Assembly: GCA_031414475.1 (NCBI GenBank)
Contig: JANNVO010000053.1
Coordinates: forward strand, 641-64,640
From: Rickettsiales bacterium
GTDB taxonomy: Bacteria > Pseudomonadota > Alphaproteobacteria > Rickettsiales > Rickettsiaceae
DNA: 64,000 nt
Reading direction: 5' to 3'
Under the pieces are notes generated by a model. It was not told where the DNA came from and did no database searches. It saw only the letters and a list, made by a program, of their open reading frames with translations. Shown one piece after another: positions 37,729 through 47,450 of the stretch (position 1 is the stretch's first letter; the number at the start of each line of letters is the position of its first letter). Both the position numbers and the translations under genes were made by a program.

Positions 37729-40224
37729 TTAAATAATATCATGGTTATCTGTTTGATCAACATTACCCTGCAGTGATATATCAACATTACCTGCTGAATC
37801 TATTGGATCAACAGACATTAAATGCTGTAATCCTTCAGAGTTATGTTGGTTCAAAACAGTTTTGATATAATTTGTCGCTTCATCGTTTAGCTCACAATCA
37901 TCCAATTGTTTAATGAACAATTGTCCTATATCAGTACTAAACTTTTTTGAAATTAGATCATGATAGTGCTTGATGACACCAACATCTAAAGCTTTAAGCC
38001 GGCCAAAAACTAAATCAAATGCATAACAAGCATTCTCTAGATCTGATACTTTCACAGAACCTGCCACAATTTTATCAAAATATCCCGTTGCTAGCATCTG
38101 AACTCCAGTTTCTACTAGTTCTTGCCAAACTTTCAATATAGCATCTTCAGATTTACTACCTTGTATGTTTAATTTTTCAAGCATATTCTGAATTAAGATT
38201 CCTTCTAGACCATTTGTAAAGTGATAAGACGCATTATCTACTTTAATATTCGTTTGATTCATAAAGCTTTTTGCCAATCTCCCTTGAACTACTTGGGTCT
38301 CTGTAGACCATTGTTCAGGGTCAGTAATACCTTGTTTATTCAAATGATCAATTAACCATTTAATAACGATTAAAGGAGATTTTTCTCCGAATTCAGTTTG
38401 AACGTCGTCTACAGCTACTTTTATTACTTCATTAAACGCAGAAAATTGTATTTTAGAATAATCCACTTTATCCGATTCAATAATTAGATCTTGAACAACG
38501 TAAAGTAAATTCATTAATTTACTTAATGCGCACAGTCTAATTTGAGCTAAAGTATCTATTAAGTTGTTTGTCAGATCTTCATTATCTTTTACTATATGAA
38601 TTATAGTACCAAGTACCTTTTTAAAATCCCAATTAGAAGACAGTCTATCATGAACATCTGTCATTGTTGATAATTTGTTAATTACATCTAAAACAGTCAT
38701 TTCGTCACTAACTGCCCCCCACTCTGCTTTATAAGTAGTAAAATCCTGTGTGGTTTTAAACCAAGCTATGGCACTATCAACTTCTGCGTCTGTTAATGGG
38801 AATTTTGCAGTCATTTTATTAAGAATAGGTATCGTTTTACCTATATTACCAGGAACTGAATCTGGTGCTTTACCCTCTGCAAAAATTAGTTTTTGTACAG
38901 AAGCATCATCAAGATCGATCAATTTTTTAGGCTCAACCGAACCGTTTTCACGAAGTAATTTGATTAAAGCTATATCCTTCTCCGCTACAAAATCAATTGG
39001 TCTATCACCTTTTGTATTACGTTGATTAATATTAGCATAATAGTAAATTAATACTTTGACTGCTTCCATATAATTTAATTGAATTGCATAAGATAGCGGG
39101 GTGTGTCCATCTTTACAAATTGCGTTAAGATTAGCATCAAACTTGGATATTAAGGTTTTCATTAGCCCTATATTAGGGCTAGTATATACTTGATATTTGT
39201 TAGCATAACCCCTAACTGCATGAGATAGTGGAGTATGTCCATCCTTATCAGGTTCGTTAATATTAGCACCATTTTCAATTAATAATTTGATTAGATTATA
39301 TTCAGATTGACTAACTCCAATATGATCTATGTTATTAATTACACTAATTATCGCAGGTTTTACATTTTGGCGAACAATTTGAGCATCAGATCTTATTAAA
39401 GTTTCTGTTAATTCAATATTAGCAGCATAAGATAGTGGGGGCTGTCCATCTTCAATCGCCTTAAGAGTAAGGCCTTTTTCAATTAATAATTTGATTAGCA
39501 GAATATTCTTATTGTTAATTGCATAAGATAGGGCTTTGTGTAAATTAACATTAGCACCCTTTTCAATTAACAATTTTGCTATTTCAATATTCTTATAATC
39601 AATTGCATAAGATAGTGAGCTGTCTAAATCACAATTAGCACCCTTTTCAATTAATAACTTTACTATTTCAGAATTATTAAAAACACAAGCGATATCTAAT
39701 GCTGTCGTGTTATTACCACAAGAAGTGTTAAGATCAGCACCCTTTTCAATTAATAATTTTGCTATTTCATTCATTTCAACTCGTGCAGAAGACGTGTATA
39801 ATGGTGTCTGATTGCTCGATCTCAAATTAAGATCAGCGCCCTTTTCAATTAATAATTTTGCTATTTCAATATGACCATCAGTAATTGCAAGATGTAGTGC
39901 AGTATAGGCACCATTACTTATTGCATTAAGATCAGCGCCCTTTTCAATTAATAATTTTGCTATTTCAATATGACCATTAGTAATTGCAGTAACTAGTGGA
40001 AATTGACCTTTACTAGCTAAATTAACATTAGCACCATTGTTAATTAAAAATTCAGCAATTCGTGTCCCAGAATATGTTTGGCTCAAAGCACATCCTAGTA
40101 TGGTCTCACCATAGTAATTTAGCACATTAACATCTGCGCCATCTCTAACTACTGATTCTAATTTTTCAAAATACTGATTGTTTACAATCCTAAATAAATC
40201 TACTTCGTAACTTCTTTTTGACAT
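37729..40224 (-). CDS. Ankyrin repeat protein with large uncharacterised helical C-terminal domain
   Basis: Ten or more ankyrin repeats (HIEIAKLLIEKGADLN; GHTPLSYA) in the N-terminal half; 831 aa. Confidence 0.9.
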   Translation of the reverse strand: MSKRSYEVDLFRIVNNQYFEKLESVVRDGADVNVLNYYGETILGCALSQTYSGTRIAEFLINNGANVNLASKGQFPLVTAITNGHIEIAKLLIEKGADLNAISNGAYTALHLAITDGHIEIAKLLIEKGADLNLRSSNQTPLYTSSARVEMNEIAKLLIEKGADLNTSCGNNTTALDIACVFNNSEIVKLLIEKGANCDLDSSLSYAIDYKNIEIAKLLIEKGANVNLHKALSYAINNKNILLIKLLIEKGLTLKAIEDGQPPLSYAANIELTETLIRSDAQIVRQNVKPAIISVINNIDHIGVSQSEYNLIKLLIENGANINEPDKDGHTPLSHAVRGYANKYQVYTSPNIGLMKTLISKFDANLNAICKDGHTPLSYAIQLNYMEAVKVLIYYYANINQRNTKGDRPIDFVAEKDIALIKLLRENGSVEPKKLIDLDDASVQKLIFAEGKAPDSVPGNIGKTIPILNKMTAKFPLTDAEVDSAIAWFKTTQDFTTYKAEWGAVSDEMTVLDVINKLSTMTDVHDRLSSNWDFKKVLGTIIHIVKDNEDLTNNLIDTLAQIRLCALSKLMNLLYVVQDLIIESDKVDYSKIQFSAFNEVIKVAVDDVQTEFGEKSPLIVIKWLIDHLNKQGITDPEQWSTETQVVQGRLAKSFMNQTNIKVDNASYHFTNGLEGILIQNMLEKLNIQGSKSEDAILKVWQELVETGVQMLATGYFDKIVAGSVKVSDLENACYAFDLVFGRLKALDVGVIKHYHDLISKKFSTDIGQLFIKQLDDCELNDEATNYIKTVLNQHNSEGLQHLMSVDPIDSAGNVDISLQGNVDQTDNHDII

Positions 40225-40362
40225 TTACAATTACCTGAACTTTAATATTTTAGTTATTTAATCCTCATATATAACAAATATTTTTTAATGTAAAGAGAAA
40301 TTAATTATTATTTAATTTAGATTAGAGATAATTGTTTTTTAAGATTTATAAATTCTCATCCT

Positions 40363-40422
40363 GGGAGTCTAAGCGTAAATCTCAGATTTTCAGAAGAATC
40401 TGAGATTTACGCTTAGACTCCC
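40363..40422. repeat. 60-bp perfect palindrome (26-bp arms, 8-bp spacer)
   Basis: GGGAGTCTAAGCGTAAATCTCAGATT-TTCAGAAG-AATCTGAGATTTACGCTTAGACTCCC. Confidence 0.9.
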
Positions 40423-40655
40423 TATATATTAGATCTCTTGCGGAGTTAATGCTTGCATTTATTTGTTGTATTTATTTTTGTAAAAAACTGTTTAACTATT
40501 GGCAAATAGTAATTATTATGCAATAAACTAGATAATTATTAACAACATTAATTAGGACAACACAACACTTGTTGCACAAATTTTTCTACTAAATCTGGCC
40601 TATTTTTTTTATTTCTTCAGCAAATTCTATCATTGGCCACGAAATACTCGCTTCA

Positions 40656-40687
40656 CGCCTAAGTGTGTACGTCGGGGGTCTTTTTTA
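40656..40687 (-). repeat. Inverted copy of the 35106-35136 motif
   Basis: Reverse complement TAAAAAAGACCCCCGACGTACACACTTAGGCG. Confidence 0.7.
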
Positions 40688-40717
40688 AAATGCCATTCTA
40701 CAAAACAATAATTCACT

Positions 40718-40758
40718 TGTATCTATAAGTAAGATGTGTTATCTTACTTATAGATACA
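40718..40758. promoter_or_regulatory. vapBC operator palindrome
   Basis: TGTATCTATAAGTAAGAT-GTGTT-ATCTTACTTATAGATACA directly before the antitoxin start. Confidence 0.7.
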
Positions 40759-40761
40759 TTA

Positions 40762-41034
40762 ATGATTTCCATAGTTATGCACGCAAAAACAATTTTATCT
40801 TCTAAAGGTCAATTAATAATCCCAAAGTTTTTGAGGTCTAAATTAGGCCTACATTTAGGCTCAGAAATAATGATAGAGCTCAAACAAAATGATACCCTAG
40901 AACTAAGGCCCATGAGAAAAGATATAAAAAGCTTTTTTGGTTTAGGAAAAAATAAACCAAAAAACAGAATTATGTCAATTGAAGATATGGATAAGGCCAT
41001 TTGTAAAGCAGTGACGAATAATGATAGGCATTGA
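40762..41034 (+). CDS. vapB: AbrB/MazE-type antitoxin
   Basis: LSSKGQLIIPKFLRSKLGL; overlaps the PIN gene. Confidence 0.88.
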   Translation: MISIVMHAKTILSSKGQLIIPKFLRSKLGLHLGSEIMIELKQNDTLELRPMRKDIKSFFGLGKNKPKNRIMSIEDMDKAICKAVTNNDRH

Positions 41035-41422
41035 TACCAATATACTAGTTAGAGCTTTCCTAGAAGACGACGAGAAGCAGGCACAAGAAGCTCAATCTTT
41101 TCTTGCAAAAGCTGCCAAAGATAATTCTTTATTTATCTCGTCTTATGCTATTTTGGAATTCGCTTGGGTTTTAAAAGTCAAAAATTATACTAGAAAAGAG
41201 ATATACGAGGCCATAATATCTTTAACTGATTCAACTGGAGTAGTTATTGGTCAAAAAGATGTTGTATTAGAGGCTTTAGCAAAATACATAGCTGGTAAAG
41301 CTGATTTTGGTGACTATATGATTTGGGCTGATGGGGAAAAGAATAAGAGTCGCCAAGTCAAAACTTTTGATATAATTTTTCAAAAAGAATTGCAGGAACA
41401 AAAAACGCCATCGTCAAGTTAA
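41021..41422 (+). CDS. vapC: PIN-domain toxin; stop codon supplied by the IS6 IR
   Basis: IGIDTNILVR, ILEFAWVL, ADFGDYMI, KTFD; last codons lie in GCCATCGTCAAGTTAA. Confidence 0.88.
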   Translation: MIGIDTNILVRAFLEDDEKQAQEAQSFLAKAAKDNSLFISSYAILEFAWVLKVKNYTRKEIYEAIISLTDSTGVVIGQKDVVLEALAKYIAGKADFGDYMIWADGEKNKSRQVKTFDIIFQKELQEQKTPSSS

Positions 41423-42267
41423 TAAATTGAGATTGTAAAAAGCCCTGATTCTTGAATTTTAGGCAACAAGAAGTCTTTGAGTAGCTTCATCCCAGATTGA
41501 TTTAGCCATCGCAAATGCAGCCCTCTGATCTTGGGCATTTTTTGTATATCGTCCCACATCAACTGCAAAGATATTTCGTACCTTGCCCATCAATGATAAC
41601 ATAGTTTGTACTCCTTGAGCAGACTTGAATTTTATCAATGATTTTTCCTTTCGACGAGTTGGCTGATGAGCGTTCTCTGCACGATTATTTAGCCCCTTAT
41701 GAGAACGATGATCCGTCTTGGGACACATGTGACGTATTGGTTTTATATAGCTCTTTAGTTTATCAGTAACGATCACTCTTGGAGTAGGATAACTCCCTAA
41801 TAACCGAGTTAAAAAGCGAATAGCTGATTTTTTATTACGACGCTTTTGTAACAATACTTCTAGCTCATAACCATCAGCATCAACGGCTCGCCATAAGACA
41901 AAATATACACCATTAATTTTAATACTCATCTCATCTAAATGCCATTTATCCTTTGCTTTACGTTCACGTTTCCTTATCACATCCTTAAAATGAAAAGCAA
42001 ATTTATTGCACCATGAACGTATTCATGGCTGACTACTACATTTCTGTAAGCTAATTCCTCTTGTATATCTCTATAAACTGTCGTTAAACCGGTGATATCT
42101 CCACACCGCGTGGCTGATTATCGATACAGGAAACCTATGATGTTTCGGTGGGCGATGTAGGTGCATATAGTCACTGATATAAAGTTATTTGAACCTTTCT
42201 AGAATATTAGAAATTTCTATCTAACTCAACCATACTCTTCTTGTAACAATATTAACTTGACGGTGCC
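41407..42267 (-). mobile_element. IS6-family element, copy 2 (861 bp), inverted relative to copy 1
   Basis: IRs GCCATCGTCAAGTTAA (41407) and TTAACTTGACGGTGCC (42252). Confidence 0.9.
41459..42166 (-). pseudogene. Frameshifted IS6 transposase
   Basis: ATG 42166 MHLHRPPKHHRFPVSIISHAVWRYHRFNDSL* loses frame; DDE part intact in the 41459-41980 ORF. Confidence 0.85.
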
Positions 42268-42517
42268 CTCTCAAGTCCCAGTGGAGATGGTGCAGCATTT
42301 GGCTGTGAATCCTTACTTCACCACCAATAAAATTGCTGAAGACCTAGGTATTGCTTATAGCACCGCCCAGAGAGGCGTACAAAAACTTGAAGCTGCTGGC
42401 ATTATCAAAAAAACGAATGACAATAAAAGGGACAAAGTCTACTGTGCTACCGAAATATTAAATATCCTAGAAGAACCCACGAAAATCAGAGCGGATGTTT
42501 ATGACCTATCCTACTAG
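42268..42517 (+). pseudogene. C-terminal wHTH fragment of a Fic-type protein truncated by IS6
   Basis: LAVNPYFTTNKIAEDLGIAYSTAQRGVQKLEAAGIIKK..RDKVYCATEILNILE; begins at the IS end. Confidence 0.6.
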
Positions 42518-42624
42518 TTTGACGTTGTATTCTTATTTCATTTTAACGCAGTTCATTGAATTATAATATATTAACTCTCTTGTTGTTTTAATATTATACG
42601 TGTAATTAAATATGATTTAAATCT

Positions 42625-43461
42625 TTATAGGTTTATTTCATTATCTACTGCTACTATGCTACTCGTTATATTTCCAGAAGAATAATATTTATGCAAACTA
42701 TAACTAGGGGAAGAAAGAGTCAGACCGATGCACTTATTATTTTTAATAATGTGTACTGGAGCAGTACTGGGGGAAACCCAACAGAGCTTGCCTCCATATA
42801 TACTTGCTGCTCCGTAATGAGAATGGCCACAAAATATTCCTAAAATATTATCATGTTCTGACACAATGGATTCTAGTTCATCATTGTTTAATAAGTTGAT
42901 TTCATTGAATACTTCGTCTTTTACCTTGATTGGAAAATGATGAATAAAGATCAGTGTGTGTTTTTTTGAAGATGCCAAGATTTTCCTTAACCAGGCAACT
43001 CTTGAAGAACATAGCATACCATAATCCTCGCCTCTTACTTGGGAGTCCAGAACAATTATTCTAATTGGTAATTCCTCAATGACATAATGAGAAAAATTGT
43101 CAGTGAGAAAATAATCATGTTGCGCGAAAACCTTCTTCAAATTAAAAAAATTATCATGATTTCCACAAGTCAGGTAATATTTGACACCAAGTTTATCCAA
43201 TAATTCTTTTGCATGTAAGTATGAATCTATATCACCTTCGTCAGAAATATCTCCAGTATGGATTACTAAATCCGGTCTTATGGCCAAACAATTAATGTGC
43301 TCTACAACGGATTGAAGTCTTTTTGCTGTATTTGATTTTGATAAACCCATCCAGTGTTTATCTTTAGCAACTATATGGGTATCGGTTATTTGTGCTATTA
43401 ATATATCTTTGTTCATACCTGGCTGTTCATTATTTTTTCTAATTTCTATTTTTCTATCCAC
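42625..43461 (-). CDS. Metallophosphoesterase, CpdA/Icc-like
   Basis: DTH, TGD, GNHD, HH and GHSH motifs. Confidence 0.85.
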   Translation of the reverse strand: MDRKIEIRKNNEQPGMNKDILIAQITDTHIVAKDKHWMGLSKSNTAKRLQSVVEHINCLAIRPDLVIHTGDISDEGDIDSYLHAKELLDKLGVKYYLTCGNHDNFFNLKKVFAQHDYFLTDNFSHYVIEELPIRIIVLDSQVRGEDYGMLCSSRVAWLRKILASSKKHTLIFIHHFPIKVKDEVFNEINLLNNDELESIVSEHDNILGIFCGHSHYGAASIYGGKLCWVSPSTAPVHIIKNNKCIGLTLSSPSYSLHKYYSSGNITSSIVAVDNEINL

Positions 43462-43560
43462 AATTTCTGTGGATAATTCTGTGAGTCAAAACCTACTTCT
43501 TTTTGTTTGTTTGCCTCTATCGATTCTGCCTCTATTTTTAGCACTCGAGCAACCTAATTC

Positions 43561-44745
43561 CTATTGCCACTTTCCCTCCCAAAGGGATTCTAAAAACTCT
43601 TTAACTGGCAGTATCATTATTTCTTTGTCATCGTTTATTTGTATTTTTCTTATATTAGTTTCCAAACATACAATATACCCTTTGTTTACTTTATGCTCTT
43701 CCATGAAAGATTTTATGCCTCCTAGTTCGGACTTATGAACCAGCTTAGAGATTTTAACTTCGATTGGAATAGGTGAAGAAGAGTGATCGACCAATATAAA
43801 ATCTACTTCTAGTTTTGTATTAGTTCGCCAGTAATATAAGTTATAGTCTGAATCAGTAAGATTAATAAAAGCCACTAATTCCATTAAAATATAGTGCTCA
43901 AGTGATTTTCCAGCTTCCGCGCCACTCAGTGTTTCAAGTTTTCTTTTACTGATTCTATTAGCAACTCCTACGTCAAAATAATAAAACTTTGGGGTGTGAG
44001 AAATAATATTACGCGATACTTTTTTAGTATATGGATATATTAAATAACCCACTAAAGTATCTACTAGTATTTGATAATATTCTTTTACAGTTTTTGAATC
44101 TATCCCTACATCTCTAGCTATGTTCGAGTAATTAAGCATTTCACCATGAGAAAATGCTGTACTATCAAGAAATCTACTAAACGCAGGAACATTACGTACA
44201 TAACCTTCAGATCTTATCTCATTAGTTAAATAATCCTCTATATAAGACTGTAATAACTTACGTGGATTAGAATTTACGTAGTGAGATGGGATAAGGCCGT
44301 GATTAAAAATTCTTAAAAGATCAAAGTCATTTTTATATTCAGGATATACTAGCGGATAAAAATTATACTTAATTGCTCTACCACCAAGTAAATTAGCACC
44401 CTGTTGCTTTAACTTGCGGCTACTTGAACCACATAAAATAAATGTAGCTCGGGTATTTTCTATTAACCAATGAATTTCATCCAATAATGCCGGTACTTTT
44501 TGCACTTCATCTATGATAATAGGTACTAGTAACTTATCTTCTGACAAAGCAAGTATTTCTTCCCTTAGCAGATATGGTTGTTTCATATAACGCAAAAACA
44601 AATCAGTCTTAAGTAAATCAATGTAAATAGATTCAGAGAATAAATTTTTTAAATAAGTTGATTTTCCGGTTTTACGAGCTCCCCATAAAAACACTGATTG
44701 TCCTTGTTCAATAACTAAATTAAGATACCTCTTGTATTGCAGCAT
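43561..44745 (-). CDS. AAA+ ATPase with DUF4143-like C-terminus
   Basis: WGARKTGKST, IIIDEVQK, TPKFYYFDVG, YWRT..EVDF, PIEVK. Confidence 0.88.
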   Translation of the reverse strand: MLQYKRYLNLVIEQGQSVFLWGARKTGKSTYLKNLFSESIYIDLLKTDLFLRYMKQPYLLREEILALSEDKLLVPIIIDEVQKVPALLDEIHWLIENTRATFILCGSSSRKLKQQGANLLGGRAIKYNFYPLVYPEYKNDFDLLRIFNHGLIPSHYVNSNPRKLLQSYIEDYLTNEIRSEGYVRNVPAFSRFLDSTAFSHGEMLNYSNIARDVGIDSKTVKEYYQILVDTLVGYLIYPYTKKVSRNIISHTPKFYYFDVGVANRISKRKLETLSGAEAGKSLEHYILMELVAFINLTDSDYNLYYWRTNTKLEVDFILVDHSSSPIPIEVKISKLVHKSELGGIKSFMEEHKVNKGYIVCLETNIRKIQINDDKEIMILPVKEFLESLWEGKWQ

Positions 44746-44853
44746 AATTTTCTCTTGCGCATTATATTCCGAAATTATAATATAATTATGGAGTATAGTC
44801 TATTTGTAATTACCACTTCTGTACAAATGTTATTAATTTGGGATATCATTCCT

Positions 44854-44934
44854 TCAGCACTCAAAACCCCTAATTTTTATACCCATCGCCCCAGCAGTTT
44901 GCTCGATTGCTTGTTCGTAATTCCTCTCAATCCA
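44854..44934 (-). repeat. 81-bp direct copy of the rep gene 3' end (45645-45725)
   Basis: 71/81 identical; encodes WIERNYEQAIEQTAGAMGIKIRGFEC*. Confidence 0.85.
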
Positions 44935-44951
44935 CTTGGCAGAAAAGTAGA

Positions 44952-45314
44952 TCAAATATTGTATGGGATTTTGATGTCAGACGCCTGCATCGGAAAATCT
45001 TTGATATTTCTAGTAATAAACAAACTATTACTATATTTGGCTGTCGCCCATATTATAGCATCGGGTAGTTTGATCTTATGCTCTTTTCGGATAATTATGG
45101 CAATTTCAGCTATTTCTTCATTGAGGCTAATTACAGTAAAACTATCCAAAAATTCTCTGAGAGTTTCTTCAGTATCTTCTGTTGCTCCAACTAATATTTC
45201 CATCTTAGTTATGATACTTATTTGTGGATCCTTATATTGCCCAATCTCCTTACTAGCCGTCAAATTACCCAATAAATAATCTATCAATATATTAGTATCA
45301 AATACGGCTTTCAT
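44952..45314 (-). CDS. vapC: PIN-domain toxin
   Basis: AVFDTNILID, KMEILVG, KLPDAIIWATA, ITRNIKDF. Confidence 0.92.
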   Translation of the reverse strand: MKAVFDTNILIDYLLGNLTASKEIGQYKDPQISIITKMEILVGATEDTEETLREFLDSFTVISLNEEIAEIAIIIRKEHKIKLPDAIIWATAKYSNSLFITRNIKDFPMQASDIKIPYNI

Positions 45315-45538
45315 CTATTCCACTCGTCTCGTAATTTTTGCTGATACTCGATACTATCTAACTTTTTATCTTTCCATAGACCAAATGCAGATTCATAACC
45401 TTTTTGGCTTTTAGTGTAATTAGTAATATAGTTAGTTAATGCTTGCCTTATAATTTTAGCTCTAGATAATTTTTTCTTTTTAGATAAATTATCTAGAATT
45501 TTAATTTGTGCATCAGGTATATCAACTATGGTTCTCAT
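45311..45538 (-). CDS. vapB: RHH/CopG-type antitoxin
   Basis: MRTIVDIPD..LSRAKIIRQAL..AFGLWKD; 4-bp overlap with vapC. Confidence 0.88.
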   Translation of the reverse strand: MRTIVDIPDAQIKILDNLSKKKKLSRAKIIRQALTNYITNYTKSQKGYESAFGLWKDKKLDSIEYQQKLRDEWNR

Positions 45539-45644
45539 ATTAGTACTTGATTTATATTAGTTATCATCATCTGATATATTAAAACACATTATTATTCAAT
45601 TCAAGTAATATTAACAAACGGATATTAGCCTCAATTAATAGTTT

Positions 45645-47267
45645 TTAGCACTCAAGCCCTCTGATCCTTATTCCCATCGCTCCAGCAGTTTGCTCGATTG
45701 CTTGTTCGTAATTCCTCTCGATCCAATCCTTAATGAACTCACTTGAAGCTTTTAAGTTTATTGCTTTTGCTTCTGTATCCTCGGTTGCCTCAAGTTTGCT
45801 AAACCAGCTTGAGTCTATTGCCTCACCATAAATCCCAATTAGAGAGCTGCGCACCCTGCCCCATAGAGTATTTGGTAATTGCTGGGTATTTTGTTTTGTT
45901 TTATTGGAACCTTGGTTTTTGCTTATTACTTTTGGCATGATTAATTCTATCTTTTGAATTGGGTTGTATACCCCGTTCTCAAATTGTTCATGCGTTGCTT
46001 TTACTTGTGATAATACTATATCAAGCTCTCCTTGTGACAACTGCACAGCTTTATGCAAATGTATTTTGGCAATATCACCTTCTATAGCAATTGATCTATA
46101 GGCTTTAAGTAGGTTATAGGCTTTTGCAGACTCTAACACGCAAGCTAGTTTTTTCTTTAAATGCCACTGGGGTGATACTTGGGTTGAATATTCAATTTCA
46201 GTAAGATAGTTTTCTATTTCCTCCGCCCTACTCTCCTCAGAATTTAGGTTTGCCTTAATTTTAAAACTCTCGTTACTAGTTTTGACAGCATCACGCATTT
46301 CATATCGCAAAGCTTTGCTCATGTAGCTAAGAAACCCTTTTCTACTGTTGAAAACCCTATAAGTTAGGCGTTTTGACATATCATGTAATATCTCATTGGT
46401 CGCATTAAAACTAAAATCACGACCTGATAAGCTTTGTAATTCACTGCAATCTTCTTTGCTTAATGGATAAAAATCCACTAATGTCTTTGGTTTGGTAAAG
46501 ATATTTAAGGCAATATTTGTTCTAGTAACAGGCTTTTCTTTTTGCACAAAGAACGAATGGTTAGCAGTGTTTGATGTTCCTGTATTTTGTAATATAAAAT
46601 TACTATTTTTCTCAAGTTCACTAGTTCTTATCTCTAAAAAATTATTATTTTCTTTTAAAACTAAACTATTTTCTAAAAAATTAGATCCAGATTTAGCTTC
46701 GTAAGAAGCGCCAATCATAGATCTATCTTTCTTAATTTTGTTCTTAGTCTTAGTATCTATTATATAATCTCCATCGAAATGAGGAGAGACAACCTCTTCT
46801 TTAGGCGCAGAAAAACTAGTGTTGCTCTTAGTATTGTAGTTTTTACAGCCGGAAATTTTTCTTTTATTACTAGTGCAAGAATTTAAGAAATCTGAACTTA
46901 AGTGAATGAATAATCTATTGTTATACGTTTGACCTCTTAATTTGACAGTACGGAATTCTCTTGAACAAATTCCCATTTGTTCAAGCTTAACAAAAATCCT
47001 ACGAAGTTTTTCTCGATTAAAACTAAATTTCTTTTCAAAATGTTCATAAGAAGTTTGCCAAGTATCCCCAAGAAATTTATTTATATAAGCAATATCCCCA
47101 GTAGTTGAGTCTTTAACCATCTTTGGCCTATACCAATATACTATTTCAGATAGTACAGAAATTAAAGAAAGATCAGGTACTCCCCTATTGTTAGTAAATT
47201 TTTGATACCATTCACTAGGTATGATATTACCGGGATGGATAGTCGGATAATCTGATAAATAAGACAT
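45645..47267 (-). CDS. Plasmid replication initiator, Rickettsiales DnaA_N-domain type
   Basis: N-terminal GNIIPSEWY..EIVYWYRP plus HTH; C-terminal LWGRVRSSL..SWFSKL..SEFIKDWIERNY DnaA domain I-like segment. Confidence 0.8.
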   Translation of the reverse strand: MSYLSDYPTIHPGNIIPSEWYQKFTNNRGVPDLSLISVLSEIVYWYRPKMVKDSTTGDIAYINKFLGDTWQTSYEHFEKKFSFNREKLRRIFVKLEQMGICSREFRTVKLRGQTYNNRLFIHLSSDFLNSCTSNKRKISGCKNYNTKSNTSFSAPKEEVVSPHFDGDYIIDTKTKNKIKKDRSMIGASYEAKSGSNFLENSLVLKENNNFLEIRTSELEKNSNFILQNTGTSNTANHSFFVQKEKPVTRTNIALNIFTKPKTLVDFYPLSKEDCSELQSLSGRDFSFNATNEILHDMSKRLTYRVFNSRKGFLSYMSKALRYEMRDAVKTSNESFKIKANLNSEESRAEEIENYLTEIEYSTQVSPQWHLKKKLACVLESAKAYNLLKAYRSIAIEGDIAKIHLHKAVQLSQGELDIVLSQVKATHEQFENGVYNPIQKIELIMPKVISKNQGSNKTKQNTQQLPNTLWGRVRSSLIGIYGEAIDSSWFSKLEATEDTEAKAINLKASSEFIKDWIERNYEQAIEQTAGAMGIRIRGLEC

Positions 47268-47336
47268 AGTGTGCCCATATTAAAGGTTAAGTCATTGTTT
47301 AACTTGACCTTAAAGACAAATTTTGGTGCACTAAGC

Positions 47337-47450
47337 TTGCAAATTAGGTTTTATTAGGTGTACTATAAAATTCGTTTCGAAATTCGCCTTTAAAGTCTTC
47401 AGATGGTGAGACCAGTTATTTCAGTAACTGACTCACCATTTCTTTTAATT
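47337..47450 (+). ncRNA. Candidate counter-transcribed RNA (promoter to terminator) in the copG-rep leader
   Basis: TTGCAA-N18-TACTAT; hairpin ATGGTGAG..CTCACCAT (47403-47439) followed by TTCTTTTAATT on the + strand only. Confidence 0.5.

Noticed and set aside
40386-40397. ATTTTCAGAAGA similarity to Tn402/Tn5053 IRs
   Set aside because: Only 12 bp inside the palindrome; no TGT terminus or tni genes.
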